DNA of 64,000 bases. Origin: Lagopus muta. Taxonomy: Eukaryota. Positions 12,601 through 26,365 of the stretch are shown here, piece after piece; within the stretch, counting starts at the first letter, position 1, and each line of letters starts with the position of its first letter. Location: the NCBI RefSeq assembly GCF_023343835.1, contig NC_064433.1, forward strand, positions 177,371,076 through 177,435,075, in the 5' to 3' direction. Under the pieces are notes generated by a model. That model saw only the letters and a program-made list of their open reading frames with translations. It ran no database searches and had not been told where the DNA came from. The translations under genes were made by a program, and so were the position numbers.

Positions 12601-15039
12601 AGAGTGATAAGTGAGTCCATAGAATTCTAGAGGAACTGCTGGATGTGAGGAGAGCTGCTTTACACTCCTAGTTTCTCTCTCTTGGGATGCAGTGCCTTTT
12701 GCTTTTTTCTCAGTGCGAGCAGTAAGACCTGACTTTCTGCTTAGCCTCTGCTTTGCTTCAGTAGCTGGCAGAATGGAAGACTTCAACAGTGATAACACAG
12801 TGCACTGCAACCTAGAAAGGAGCTTGTTTCAGTGAGGCTACCTCTCCATTCATATCAAGCTGAACACTGCTTAATATTCTAAAATACATTTTTTTAATGA
12901 GCCTTAGACAAGTCTAATTGCTGCAGTGTAGGCATCGAGCAGATTTACCTCATTAATTAATGCTTGTTTTGGATGACTAATTCTTCTGTGAACAATACAA
13001 AATACAAGTAATATTTTTATTTTCTGTCATATTTTTCTTAAGGTTCCACTACATCTTTCCAGAGATCTGCTGGTATTCTTAGGTACATTGATGTTTTTAA
13101 TTAGTGTTTTTTGGGAAAACACCAGATATGTGCTTCTTCAACTGGCGAGTTTAATTAATTTTTTGATTAATAGAAACTCAAGTAGTTTTAAACGGATCAA
13201 TAAATAAGTTTTTCTCAAACATGATTTCTACAGCAGCTACTGACTTGTTAACTTAGCTTTACTGTTGAGTAAGATGGAAGAATATTTGTATTAGTTCTGT
13301 TGTGTACAAGACAGGAAGTATGCTGCTTTCCTAATGGTGCTGAAGGCAGTTCTCTTGATAGTTACACTTGTGGCAGGTTAGCTCTTGTCACTTCTAAATA
13401 TATTCTTGCCCAGGATCTGGCAAGGATAGTCTAAGGTCAAAATTATATGCAGAAGAGAACCAGCAACGTGTGTTAGAGCTTTTGTGGTCTTTTTTTTCAC
13501 TTGGTTTTGCTTGGTGTGTTTTTTTTCCCCCCCACACCCGTGTTCTGAATTACTAAGCATCTATTTATCCTTATGGAAACTTGTATATTCTATTAAAAAA
13601 AACTGTCTGTTTTCTTCTTTGTTCTTATTATGTTGGGATTCCCATTGTCTCTTTTCAACTTTGTGTTCTGTATTGCATATAAACATAATAGTTGTTTAAA
13701 TATCTGTTGATGAAGGCAGACACTATAATTCTCGAGTTACTATATATATACTTGAATCAGGAAACTTAACTACAGAGTAGTGCTTTTATAATCCATTCAG
13801 ATTTGTTCAAATGATCAGTTTCTTAAAGTTCTTAATGAAAGTTCTAGAGCTGTTTAGTTCCATATATATTGAGTTCTTTATTTGGAACTGTTTAATCAAA
13901 TTATTAGTGTACCTCATCTTCCTCGTATTTCACAGTAAATGGCTTCCAGGTTGTATTAAAATGTTCACTGGGAAGCTTTGCAGAGATATGGGGCCTGATG
14001 TTTTGCCAGGATGCTTTTTTTTTGTTTGTTTTGGATGCATTAAGTGCTGTTTGTGGACTGGTCAGAACTTTCCTGATGAACTCTTAAGTAGTGAACGATC
14101 CTGCCTGTTAAGAGCATTATAACATGACATAACATATATAACGTATATAACATTATTTCTAAAGGTAGTTCATGTGTTTATTGAAAGTTTTTTGTATAAT
14201 ATTGAGGAGAACACGCTTTGGTCCTGGATTAAAACATCCACTTTCAGCGTTTGTTTTGTAAATGCTTGTGTGTAGTAATCACCTGTTGCCTCTGAACAGC
14301 TACTGAATGGCATCAGCAATTGGACTTTCGGTTACAGTTCAGTAGATAAATACCATATTTACTAAGGGGAGAAGAAATAGAAATACAGAACTCAAAAAAG
14401 AATCTTTCTCAGAAAGATCACTGTGGCTGTAATTAGTGCTGCTGTAAAAGTTACTTCAAGGTGATTTTGCAATGTTTTATTTGACATTCAAATTCAAAAA
14501 CTTATGTTTTTACATAAATACGCACTTCATGATACAGCTATATTCTTGACTGGTTAATTTGTCTTCTAAGTAATTATTGACCACTTTCACTTAATCTCAT
14601 AATTAATCTTGTAATTCTTGAGAACTGTAATTTTGAGACATTCAAAAACATTTTGGGACGTTCACTGTGATAATTTGTGTAGGGTTTTTAGATGTTCAGT
14701 AACAACTGAAATGTAGCATTGTCTTAGAACACAATTTTCAGTTAAATGTTTAGTTTATTTCTACATGATGCTACAGTTAATCTGGACTGGGCTACTGGTT
14801 AGACAGCCCTTTAACTCTCCATCTGCCAGGATGAATTGTGGAGTACTTAAGTGGAACTTGCTCTGTGAAAGTAAGGTTTGTTTCCTGTTTCCATGGATGT
14901 GTCCTAATCTATGTTGATATTTACCTACTCTTGTGCAATTTCTTTTGTTAAAATAACGATATAAGACCAACCATACATAAAATTATCTAATATGCCCTGA
15001 CTATATTGTGAAGTAAAGTGGTCTAGAATTAGATGTGGA

Positions 15040-15125
15040 GGTTGGCGGCACGGCCTGTGGCTCAGTGGTTGGAGCTTGATAATCCTTGAGGTGCCTTCCA
15101 ACCCATTCTATGATTCTGTGATTAC
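15040..15125 (+). mobile_element. CR1 LINE 3'-terminal fragment
   Basis: The sequence ...ggttggagcttgataatccttgaggtgccttccaaccc followed by cattctatgattctgtgatt matches the CR1 3' UTR hairpin plus the (ATTCTRTG)n octamer tail. The gtggctcagtggttgg part superficially resembles a tRNA D-arm, but it belongs to the CR1 tail. Confidence 0.7.
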
Positions 15126-17567
15126 TCATAGCATTTGTGAACTGGGACGTGTGGTAAATATTACTTTATGTTTTACAGGTAAGTGAGCAAGTAAGTGCCT
15201 TAAATTGTTTATAAATGAAAAAAAAAAAAAAAAGATAATGTTCAGAAGTTGAAATGTATTTATTGTATTCATTTTGTTATCATTTAGAAAATGAAGATAC
15301 TAGAAATAGGAGTGTATTTAGATACCAGTTCAATGGATCCAAAGTGGTTCATAACTCCTCTGGATCCGAGTTAATTGGCAGAATGCCGTACTGAGGAAGT
15401 TACAGTCAAGAGTTAATATATGGATATATGCCTTTTGCGTAGAGGATTTGCAAAGCTGTTAGTGGTTACATTCTTTACGCATGTTTGTCTTACGAAAACT
15501 ATTTCTAGATTTTACACTTAATTATTGGAGAAGCACAAGTTTACCTTCCTTGTGAGTGTTAGTTGTTGGATCAAGGACAAGTTCTGACAGAACCCTTCTG
15601 TTCCTGTTGCTCTCAAATTGTTCCCAGTGATGGCATCTGAAAAAAACCTGTCTTGCGGTTATGCCTCCTGTGCTTTATCGGTATAACTACAGACAGTAAA
15701 GGGGCTTGGAAGCTTTTCCTTTAGTGGAATAGCTGGAGGTGATGGTGATTGACTGAAGCAAGTAATTAAGTGGATTTTATTCCTAGTCATTCTGGATTAT
15801 ATGTTGTTTGTTTGGTGCCATGTTTTGCCATTTGTTTATATCATTTTGTCTGCTGAGTAACATTTTCTACAGGTTTTGAAAAAGTGAGGAACTACAGTTA
15901 ACATGCCTTTTTTTTCTGTGTTGTTGCATATGCAGTGTTTTGTTGTATAACAAATAGTGGTGAATGGGGTGGGAATGTGGGAAAGAACTATACATCATTG
16001 CATTGTTTTTAAACATAACAATAGCATGCAGAGAAGCAGCAAATAACTGTAAGATGAGCAGAAAAGACCTGAGTATGGACCGTTTTTGAATTTTGGGCGT
16101 ATAATACATCAGTCTGAAGGTATGAACAAAGTTCCAGTAGCTTAGGTGATAAAATATTGTAACAAAAAACCACAAAATTTTCAATGAGCATGTTTATATT
16201 AGTGCTTTTATTCAAATTATTGGTTTTTTGCTAATTATAGCATTCCTCAAGATCAGTATGTAAGGTCACTAGATGAAGATGCTTGAAAATTATCTGCTAT
16301 AGGAATGCAGACAACTTCTTTAATAGTAATGACCGGTTTTTAATACTAAAGATGGGTGAATGTCTTTGATCAGAATTGCAATCTGAATTATCAATTGTCT
16401 TCACAGTAATTCAGAATTATCTCTTCATAAATGTCTTGAGTAAAAACAAAGACTTTTTGCTACCTTTTCTGGCTCAGAGAATGCCTTTAAAAAAAAACAA
16501 AAAAAACAGCAGTGGTTATTCATGTTTTTTCTGCATTGAAGTTTGTTTCTACTTCGTTTGCCTTATTCCATGTAGTTCAGCACAGTGGTTATTTTCTGCT
16601 TCTCTTGACAGCAGTAAGAAAATTTCTCCTACCTTTCCACAGTTGCAAATATTTTGGTTTGTTTTCCTAATCTATTTTTTAACTTTCTTCCTCAAACCTT
16701 TTTTTTTTTTTTTTTAAATCAGATTTTTGACATTATTTAAACTAAAACTGGCAGTTACTCTACTGCACACACATTCCACTCTATGGTATTGAATGTTTTC
16801 AGCTGCTTTCTTGAAAGTTGCTTTCTTGAAAGAACCTCAGCTCTTAATGTTGCCTTCTTCCATCAGTATTTTTTCTACAAGTTTTCCTTTCACTAACTGT
16901 GAAATATTAGCTGAAAAACACACACCTAGTTTGGAAAACGTAGTGTGCAAAATGGAAATTGATGAGTAGTGGAGTGTTTGGGAGTTCTTGGTTGTGGTTT
17001 AAAAAAAAAAATTACTGTTTTTTGTCATAATATTTTCATCCATGTTTTATAAAATGTGTTTTATTTTTAATTTCGATTAAGCGAATGCTCGTGTTTTGCA
17101 AGATGTCACAGGTTTACTCTATTAGAGATGGAATTAACTAGAAAATTTTGGATTTAAAAAGAATCAAATGAGAGAATGAGAGAGACACCTGAAATGTAAG
17201 TAAAATCTAGAAGATAAAATATTTGCTCTTCTGCATTAAGAACAACAGAAAAAAATATTGGCTAATGTGTAATAACAGTAAGCGTTAATATGATTGGGTG
17301 TGCTTTAGGTTAGATTGTGAGGTAAATCTTACAAGTCATTTTGAAACTAGTCTTAGAATTGCTTGCAGCAAATAAATTTGAGATTTGATAGAATGTGATA
17401 AAAATACACAAGAAAGCAGTATTCATGCTTAATAGATTTCATTAATAAGACTGTTGCTGTAGGTGACAATCTTCGAGTGTTAATGTGAAAAATGAGGTTG
17501 TCAGAATAGTGTTTAGTAGAAATGTTACAGGATTTCTCATTGTTCCTTGGTGCTTACACATTTGAGG

Positions 17568-17655
17568 GAATCATTAAATGAATCATTAAGGTTGGAGAAG
17601 ACTACTAAGACCATGTAGTCCAACCATCACCACCATGCCCACTAACTCTTATATC
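17568..17655 (-). mobile_element. CR1 LINE 3' tail fragment (short)
   Basis: The sequence attaaggttggagaagactactaagaccatgtagtccaacc...caccatgcccactaa is the reverse complement of the CR1 3' end (ggtcttctccaacc...). Confidence 0.6.
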
Positions 17656-17764
17656 AGTATTGAACACATTCAGTAGATAAATTGACAGTATAATTTGCAT
17701 TGTACAGCTAGTCAAAGACTGTCAGTTTAAAAAAATTACTAAAATCATATAGTAATGTAATTAC

Positions 17765-18330
17765 TGAATTATTAAGTTTGGAAGAAACCTCTTAAGATCA
17801 TCCTGTCCGACTATCAACTCATCACCACCATGCCCAATAAACTATGTCCTTCAGTGCCTCATCTACTCATTTCTTCAACTTCTTGGCCAAGATATTGACT
17901 CTTCCACCTCCCTAGATAACACATTCTGATACATAACTACTCCTGCAGAGGAGAAATTTTTCTTAATATCCAAATTGAACCTCGTGTAGCACAGCTAGAG
18001 GTTGCTTCATCCAGTTGCTGTTATCTGGAGGAGAGGCCAACCCACAACCTCGTTTCACGGAGTTGAGGAAAGCAGTAAGGTCTCCCTGAGCTTGTTTTCC
18101 AGACTAAACAATCCCAGCTCCCTCAGCTGCTCCCATAAGCCTTGTGCTCCACCAGTTGGATGTAGCTCCATTCACCACTACTCTCTGGGCCCAGCTGTCC
18201 AGTGAGGTCTTTACCTAGTGAAGAATGTGACTATCAAATTCATGGGCTACCAGCTTCTCCAGGAGAATACTGTGGGTGACAGGATCAAAAGCTTTGCTAA
18301 AGTCTAGATTGGTTACATTCACAGCCTTTC
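17765..18330 (-). mobile_element. CR1 LINE, 3' ~560 bp including the RT C-terminal remnant
   Basis: The reverse complement of 18240-18320 encodes ...VNVTNLDFSKAFD.., which is the CR1 ORF2 RT motif. The element ends at ~17765 with the ggaagaaacctcttaagatcatcctgtccgac tail. Confidence 0.75.
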
Positions 18331-19255
18331 CTCATCTAAAAGGTAGAAGGATTAGTTGATGGCTGTGTCCTCTGTATTAAATAGTGGTTTATTTCAGGGA
18401 ACTCCTAAGTACAATTATTTAAGGAGTGAGTTGTCCCCTAAATGCCTTGATAAAGTGGAGGATAGTGCGATTAAACTGTTTTATTTTCTGGAGCTGGCAG
18501 TATAGACCTGACTTAAACGTTACTCAGCAGTGTATATTGAAATTAGAGTCAGATTCTGCATTGAATCCAGCTGTAGGCGAATGACTTAGCAAAACAAAGC
18601 ACACTGGGAGGGTCAGAGTTATTCAACACTGTGTGCTCTGCCAAAAAAAACCCAAACATTGCATGCTTTGGTAAGTAGAAACTAAGCAAAGTGAAGACCT
18701 TAACTTGCTACTCAGATAAAGGAAGACTTTAAATTGTCTCCCATCTTGTAAAGATCAGAAATAACTGGTATTAAATTAAAATGAATTTACAATAATGTAA
18801 CTTCTTTAAAACAGTTTCTTGTGAGTCTGTAGTAGAGGTGTGTGATCTCTCCCTCCTGCCATTTCTGTCTACAGTCTATCAGCCTGCACCAACGTGTGTT
18901 AAATGATACTAGCACTTAGTTCACTGGTGCCTAGTAAGTTCTGTGATAAAGTGCTGTCCTCCTTGCTTGTTTATTCTGTATGAAATGTTTGTTAAGACTG
19001 ATGATATGATGCTGTCTTGCATGTTTAGTAGTAAATCTAGTATTCAGTACATCTGACTAATGTTTAGATGGGAAGTGATTTTAAAATGTTGCTTAAAATG
19101 TGTGTTTCTTAGAGAACAGTTTCGTCTTAAATAGCAGAAAATATTTTTGACTTCAAGTACTTTTTTATTCTGTGGTGTTCAGGTGCTGAGAACTGTCTTC
19201 AGTGAACTGAGTGTGCCGGACTAATCGTGCGTCTTTTTTTCATAAGGGAAATGTG

Positions 19256-19280
19256 TTTTTTTTTTTTTTTTTTTTTTTTT
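19256..19280. repeat. poly(T) homopolymer of 25 nt. Further T-runs lie at 19366-19378 and 19484-19515.
   Basis: Read directly from the sequence. It lies in a PSPC1 intron. Confidence 0.9.
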
Positions 19281-22200
19281 GTGAACAGCCAAATAATAAT
19301 TTTTGCTTTAATTAGGAATATTTTTCCAACATTTGCACATATTTCACATAATGTTTTTTTACTTTTTTTTTTTTTTTGCTGATATGATTCTTTAATCATT
19401 TAGCTTAGTGAGTCATTTCAGTCAACTTGTCATTACTTAAATCACTGAGGAAGAAACTGCCTGCTCTAGGCTTGATGCAGTGTTTTTTTTTTGTTTGTTT
19501 TTTGTTTTTTTTTTTCAATGACCCAGTCCAATTTGTAACTTATGAAACCTGATTTTATTAAACCATTCACATATAATGTATGTTCTAAGGCTACGTTTAC
19601 TTTATCTAGTTTAATGCATTTGTATGCATAATTTTACATAATGTAAGGGGTCTTTTTAAAACTCTCCTGAGCTGTCATTCACAGAATTATTGTTTGGCTG
19701 AACAAAATCCTTGGAGGAATGAGTAGCTCTGGATTTAACATTGGTCAGGAGTATAAGAAGATCTTGCATTTTGAAATAAAACTGGTATTTTCATGTGACA
19801 GAATAAAGTGAAATATTTTGTAATATTATAACTTTCAGGATCTTATGTGTAGGTTTTGATGGAGAAAATCTAAGAGGGAAAGGCTGTCAGAAGAGGTTAG
19901 ACAGAAGGCTTTTCTTCAGCTCTTCACTGGCAGCATAACTTCTAGTGAGTTGAAAATTGGAAACGCTGGATTGAAATGGTAGAATATTGTGAGGCAAACA
20001 ATTTGTAGTCAGAAGTATCCCATGTACTCTTATTTTTGAGTGCCTAATCAGTGATGTTAACTGCTTAAGTAGTCTCTATTTAAAATATAGATGGCTTTGT
20101 ATAAATGATCTTGTGTGAGGATTGAGGAAGATTACACCAAAATTACTTAGGCTTCCTGTAGAGACCAATGGAATTTTTTTTTAAAAACTAGGCAGAATTT
20201 AATGAAAGAAAAATAAACTTTTGAAGACAGTAATGATTTACACTGAGGCTGAGAAATGTCTTACCCAATTTGTCTACTGTAAAGTAAGGGAGTTGAGTTC
20301 ATTGAAAACAGATAAGCATGAACATCTGCGTGAGTCATATTTTGTTTTATATGTAGAACTCAGTTAACTGTTAATATTTCTTAATGCTCAAACTTGAGTT
20401 GATGGGGTATTTTTTTTATAAGGTATTGTTTTGTTGCTGTGTCCTGTTGCTTTGGTGACTGTTCTATAGCTGTAAGGTGAGTAGTTGTATGTCAATTGTG
20501 AAGCTTCTGGCCACTGATACTTGAAGAAAACAGTATGATCTACTTTCGTGATATTTATGTTGGTGTATATCTGGTATGGTCTCCTCTGTCTCTTCTGAAC
20601 TATCTGTTCAAAACTGTTAATTTCATGGTTTCATAGAGTGCTTAAAAACATACTAATATCTTTTAAAAACCTGAAAATTATCTTGGCAATTTTCTATATG
20701 CTTAAGACTACTATCAGTGGAGATGAGGGTGCAAGAACATGGTATGTGATAACGGTACAGTGCTCGAGAAATATTGATTGTAGTATTTGAAGCCGGGGGA
20801 GCCTGTACTGTACTATAAACACAATATATATGCAATTTGAAAACACTATTCAATTTTTTTTGTATATTTGATTTCTACAGCTAACATTAGAAGGAGTTGA
20901 AAATGTGAGGAAATAAAATTTTTAATGCTCGCACCTGGAGTGATTAGCAAGCATAGTGCTATTGTTAGTTGTCATCATAGGTTTTTCTGAAAGCAAAATG
21001 TTTGGATAAATCAGGCCCTTTAGATTTATTTGTATTAGTGAGTTGTAAAATATCTTATGAAAGTCATTCCACAGGATTGGAAGTCTTTTGACTTGTAGGA
21101 AGAATTGTAATTTGAAAATAGGATATTGTTCATTGTTTGCATCCTTTCTTTTTTTGAAAAAGGAGCTTCTCAAATTGTTGTTCATTACTGCTCAACTGTT
21201 GCCTTAGAGATTTTTTTTTTCTGCCTCCCCTGTAACTGCACGTCATCATTTTTTCTTGTTCTCTTGCAGTTTAAGTTGTTTTTTTCCAGGTACCAACTGA
21301 CTTCGGAGCTTCTTAACAGCTTGCCTGTGTATTTCACTAGCAAAAATCCTCTTGCTGCTGAATTTTACTTCCCTCTAATAGATGGTTAGGGGTGGCTTCA
21401 GGGAGGGCCTGAAGCAGGCTGCTGCTCAACAGGACAGTGGGTAGTCACATAGTGAGGAAGAGAAGCCCTTAAAAGGCAACCTCATTACCACTGTGTTCAA
21501 CAGAATCAGCCAGCAGTGATTCAGCTGCTCTATCAGAACTGTCTGCTGATATTCCTTTCTTTGCAGTGTTTCAAATAAATGATGTGGAATAGTCTGTCAG
21601 ATTTACCTGTACTCTTTTTTCATACTTGCATAGTAAAAATCTGTTGGTTCACAATTTTTGTGGGGTTGGACTGTATCTGGATTCCTTTGAGTAAAAGCTG
21701 TGGTAAATTAAGTAGAAGTTTTTATATTTAATATGTCAAGCATTTAATCACTTTCATGATATACACTGTCAGTTAACACTGAGTGTTTCTTGATAGGGGA
21801 TTTACTTTAACTGTTTTAAATTTGTGTTAGCTGTATAATTCATGTCCCCGTTATGAAAACACACAAGAATGCCACAAATTGTAAACATAAAACAATAGGA
21901 ATAATATTTCTTTGAAGTACATAGATCAGCAGATAGAGATTCTAAGTTCATGGGTCTGAAGTCTACACCAGAAACATTTTTATATAGTAGAAATTCATTG
22001 CTAAAGCTGCAAAATGATAAATAACTTTATTGTAAACATTAGCAACAGACTTAAATACAAAACAAAATGAAATATGGGTATCAGTCCTACCCTTCCTTCC
22101 TCTTCTGTTATACTGACTGTTAATTAAAGACTTGTACAATTTAAAGCTGAGAAAAAACAGTAGTTTATTGGGTTGAAGAAGTGTAGTGTGTATTATGTAG

Positions 22201-24017
22201 TTTGCCCTCTGTCTTTCTCAGGAAAAAAAAACCTGCTTATTTCTAGGAAGCAGTAATTTTGTAGCTCTGTACTTAAAAGTTCTCATGTAATTGCCTTTGT
22301 ATTTGACTCTGCATTGTATGGCACATTTCAAGTTACAAATAAGCAAAAAAAAAACCCTTACAGCTTGCAAAGGCATCGCTCCTGATTTGATACTGCAAGA
22401 GTTGGAAGCCTCCCAAATTAGATTACGTGCAGTAATTCAAAATCCTCTGCATTTGTAGCTGTTCATAGTTTTTAAAACTACAAAGAAGCAAAGTTTTTAT
22501 TCATAAGGAGACATCTGGGCATGCATTTCTGGCATGCATGGTCTGATTCACAGAAACCTTAGCCGTGATATCTGCTATGCTGGGTGAGGGATTGATAGGA
22601 TGGAATATGCTGCTTTGTTTCTCAGAGCTGAGGTGTAGTAGTAGGCTCTTATCAACAAGATGGTATGCTCATTTTGCAACTACATACATTGATCCAAATT
22701 GAACGGATGGTGATGTATTAAAATGTTGGTTAACATTACTCTGAAAGATCTGACAAAATAGTTGCTTGTTCTTCTGTAACAGAAATGTAATGTGGGTTCT
22801 AGAGTCAGAAGAAATCTTGCTCATCAACCAGTCTTTTGTAGCAGGGCCTGGAAACCTGGCTTTGTCTTTTAGTTACAAGGCCTTATTTTCTTCATCACCA
22901 CTCAAAGTCTTATTCGTTTCAAAATTGTCATTCTATATTAAAAATGCTATCATGAATGCATTTTGAAATTGCAAATATTCAGTTAAAAATGGCTTTTAGC
23001 AAGCTGGCTCAATCGCTTAGGATAATAAAGTTATTTACAGAGTGTCTAAACTTGTAAATCCTAAGAGGAATGATTTTCAGAATCAGGTAAATTTTTTGTA
23101 TTTATTCTCAAGATGCATGTATATTCACTTGAGGGCAGAATATATTTTAATGTTTCTTCCAGAACATTCATGAGAATGTATTTCTTTGGTGTAAGTTTAT
23201 TGTTTTTCATGAACTGTGAATTTCCTTCGTCTTTTTGATATGAACTGTGATACCAACATCTCTTGCAATCTGTGATAGGTGAACTTTTTCTCGAAGTAAT
23301 GATTTTTGCATGTTGTTTCACAGCAGGACATGGTCCATGATCAGTAGTGTCAGAGCTTCTTAGATGTTGGATGGCTGAGCATCGATTGAATCAGAATCAA
23401 TTTCACTTATTTCTCTGTTTAGTTTAAATGCATGTTATGCTGTTTACATTAATACTACATTTCTGTGCTAGTTTCTGAACTGAGGCAAAAAAGTTGTGCC
23501 ATCGCTTAGTTAAGTCAAAACTATTTGAGCAAAGTAGGATTGGCAAGTTGAATTTGCTTACCATAATGTAACACATCAGACCTTGGTTTCCACTAAAGCA
23601 GTTGGTTTAAGCTGTAAAGACAGATTTAATTGTATTATTGAACAATGGCCTTTAGGCAACCATGTAATGAGACCTTCATTGACAGTTTGTATCGCTAGTT
23701 AATGAGGAACGTCAACTGAAGTTGGAGTCATTTGCAGTTGATTATTTAACTTTTTGGGAGCTGAAGATTGCATTTAATAAGAGAAACTTGTTTTATAAGA
23801 TTAAAGGTTAAATATCACAATTATTCTTTATTGTGAAGTTGAACTTCTACATTTGATTTTATACAAGTAGAGGAATATATTTAACTTTATCCCATGTACA
23901 TTTTCATAATTAATGGAAACTGTAAAACCGTGACATTTTTCATTTTTATTGAATAAATGGGAATGTTTTCAATTCTAATAATGATAGGTTGATCATGAAA
24001 ATTATGTTTACTTACAG

Positions 24018-24075
24018 AGAGAACAGGAAATGAGAATGGGTGATATGGGTCCTCGTGGAGCAATTAACATGGGAG
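24018..24075 (+). CDS. PSPC1: PSPC1 coding exon [19 protein letters not shown](D)
   Basis: The acceptor is tttacttacag|AGA and the donor is GGGAG|gtaggg. The exon follows a ~17 kb intron. The sequence matches human PSPC1 [20 protein letters not shown]. Confidence 0.8.
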
Positions 24076-26240
24076 GTAGGGATCTGAAGGAAAAAGGCTT
24101 CTGTAATGTAAAATTTCTTTTTCTTTGGGACTGTACATGTTACTCAAGTGTAATTCATTAGTGGCAACTACTGGTAAAATGGAGTAAACAGTATTGGGAA
24201 ATAGGAAACAAAAAATTGATTTCCTTACAAACAGCTTTTTTATTTCCAGTTGATGTGCTTTAAATACCCCTGGGAGAAAAAAGCTGTGTGCAAGGTGAGA
24301 GAAACCAAGAGGCAAGGAAAGATAATACTCTAGAAATTATGCAATGCAAGACAGGAATTTTCTGTTTCAAAAGTGTCCGGTGCTCTTCTAGAGGGATGAG
24401 AACAATTGGAACTGTAACTGCGCAGTGAAATGATGCAATACTTGAAGTAGGTCAGTGCTTGACAAAAGTTTAATAATTGTGCCCTGTAAATTTATTGTGA
24501 ATCTGTATTTGCAGGTAATTCTCCCTATGCTTTTGTGACTTAAACTATTGTCACTGCTAAAAGCTTTGGAATTTACAAGAGTACTGGCTTAAGAATGAGT
24601 ATTTGCCTTGTACGCTCAGACTTGAAACAGCTTGGAATATTACTCAACTGGAATATCTGCTTTTAAACAAGACTGAAATATAGAATATTAATTTTAAAAT
24701 ATCTTTAGGAAGCTTCTTGACTAACATTAACTTAAAAACACTTAAGTAATCATTTTTCCTGTATTTCTATATTAAATTTGAATGCGTGTACAAAACTTAT
24801 GAAGTGCTGTGGTTTAACTCAGAGTAATGTGAATTGGTTAATAGACGAATGTACTTGCTCAGTCTCCATTTTAAAATACATTATTCACCACTTGCATTCA
24901 CTGAAACATTTGTAACTTCAAAATGGAAACTGGCTTATTCATTTGCAGAAGATGAACTTTAGAATTAATTCCAAAGGAAGACAATGTCAAGATCAAGTTT
25001 CTTTGAAGTAGTAACGTGAAGCATAAACTGATGACTTTCTGATTTTGTAGTTAAAATTTTGCTTATTGGTTTAGCGGATTCTTGAAAATCTCAATTAAAG
25101 AGGCATTCTGGGTATTGATACTGTGCATCTTGCCCACCAGCATTAGCAGTTTCCACAAGATATACTTGTAGAAAGGAAAAAGAAATTCTAGAAATAAGTG
25201 TGTGGTTTCAAAATAAGCTATTGTAACAGCTAACTCCAATTTTAGAAAGGGAAAAATATTCTGAATAGGTAAAAATAGTGCTTCTCTCCACAGTATCTGA
25301 ATTTTAGGTTAACTCCTGGTAGAGGTTTTTTTTCCCTGGCCATGAACAACATTACCACCACTCAAAAATAACCCAAGAATCCCTGGAACCTCCATAAAAT
25401 TAACAAGAAAGGGGGGGAAAAAACCAAAACAAAACAGAATTTAAACCTTTAAATAGTAGACCTTTAATTACTGATGCTAGCATACTTTCTCATGACATTT
25501 CTACTGGAATTGTAATTTTAAACTGGTTTTTACATGTGCCACTTGTGACTTTTCATGATGTGGGGAGCTGAAGTATCTTCAGTAATGGGAAACCTATATG
25601 AGAGCAGTATTTGAAAGCTAGACACCTCTGAGATGGATTTAACTAGTGATAGACTGACATTTGCTAACCAGTAATTTTTATATTATCTTTAGCAAGTCTG
25701 AGAGACTCCATAATACCATATCATAGCACTTAGCTGTAACTGTGATGCTACAGGTAGCTAATAAATATTCATCTAAGCTGGGGAAAATTGATTTCAGGAG
25801 CTACCTCTGGATTAATGAGAGTTATTGATTTATTGCCTACTGTGCCAGACCTTGGCATGTACGTTTTGGATGTACATAAAATACATTTTTTCAGCCCTGC
25901 TCAGAGATGTGCATTAGTCTCTGCTGTGGCATGAGCTCGATAGACTGCTTTCTGTCTGTTTCTATACTTCTTCCAGTGAACAAACTGCTAACGTTAATGT
26001 GCCTCTGAAAAGAATTAGCAGTTAAGCGATTGGCTCTTAAGATTTGTTAGAGAGCTTTTCTGAGGTGTAGAGAAGAAGCTTTTGTGGCCTCTTACACAAG
26101 CTGTGCAGGACTCCAGTTTATATTACACTCCCCAGCTGCCTTCCTTCTATCATAGCTGGCTGAAATTGGCTTACTAGTACAGAGAGGCTTCCTAGCATGG
26201 GTTATTTTAGAGGAAGCGTGCATGCATTTGTATGGTAAAG

Positions 26241-26365
26241 AATCATAGCATCATAAGGTTGGAAAAGACCACTAAGATTATCTATTCCAACTTCCAGCCC
26301 ATCACCCATGCTCACTAAACCATGTCCCTCAGTGCCACATCTACATGGTTCTTGAAAATCTAGGG
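26241..26365 (-). mobile_element. CR1 LINE 3' tail fragment
   Basis: The sequence aatcatagcatcataaggttggaaaagaccactaagattatctattccaac... is the reverse complement of a CR1 end with octamer-like repeats. Confidence 0.65.

Noticed and set aside
15045-15100. tRNA-like stretch gtggctcagtggttggagc
   Set aside because: It continues directly into the CR1 hairpin and octamer tail (ggtgccttccaacccattctatgattctgtg). It has no acceptor-stem complement, no anticodon-arm structure and no CCA context. It is part of the CR1 3' UTR.
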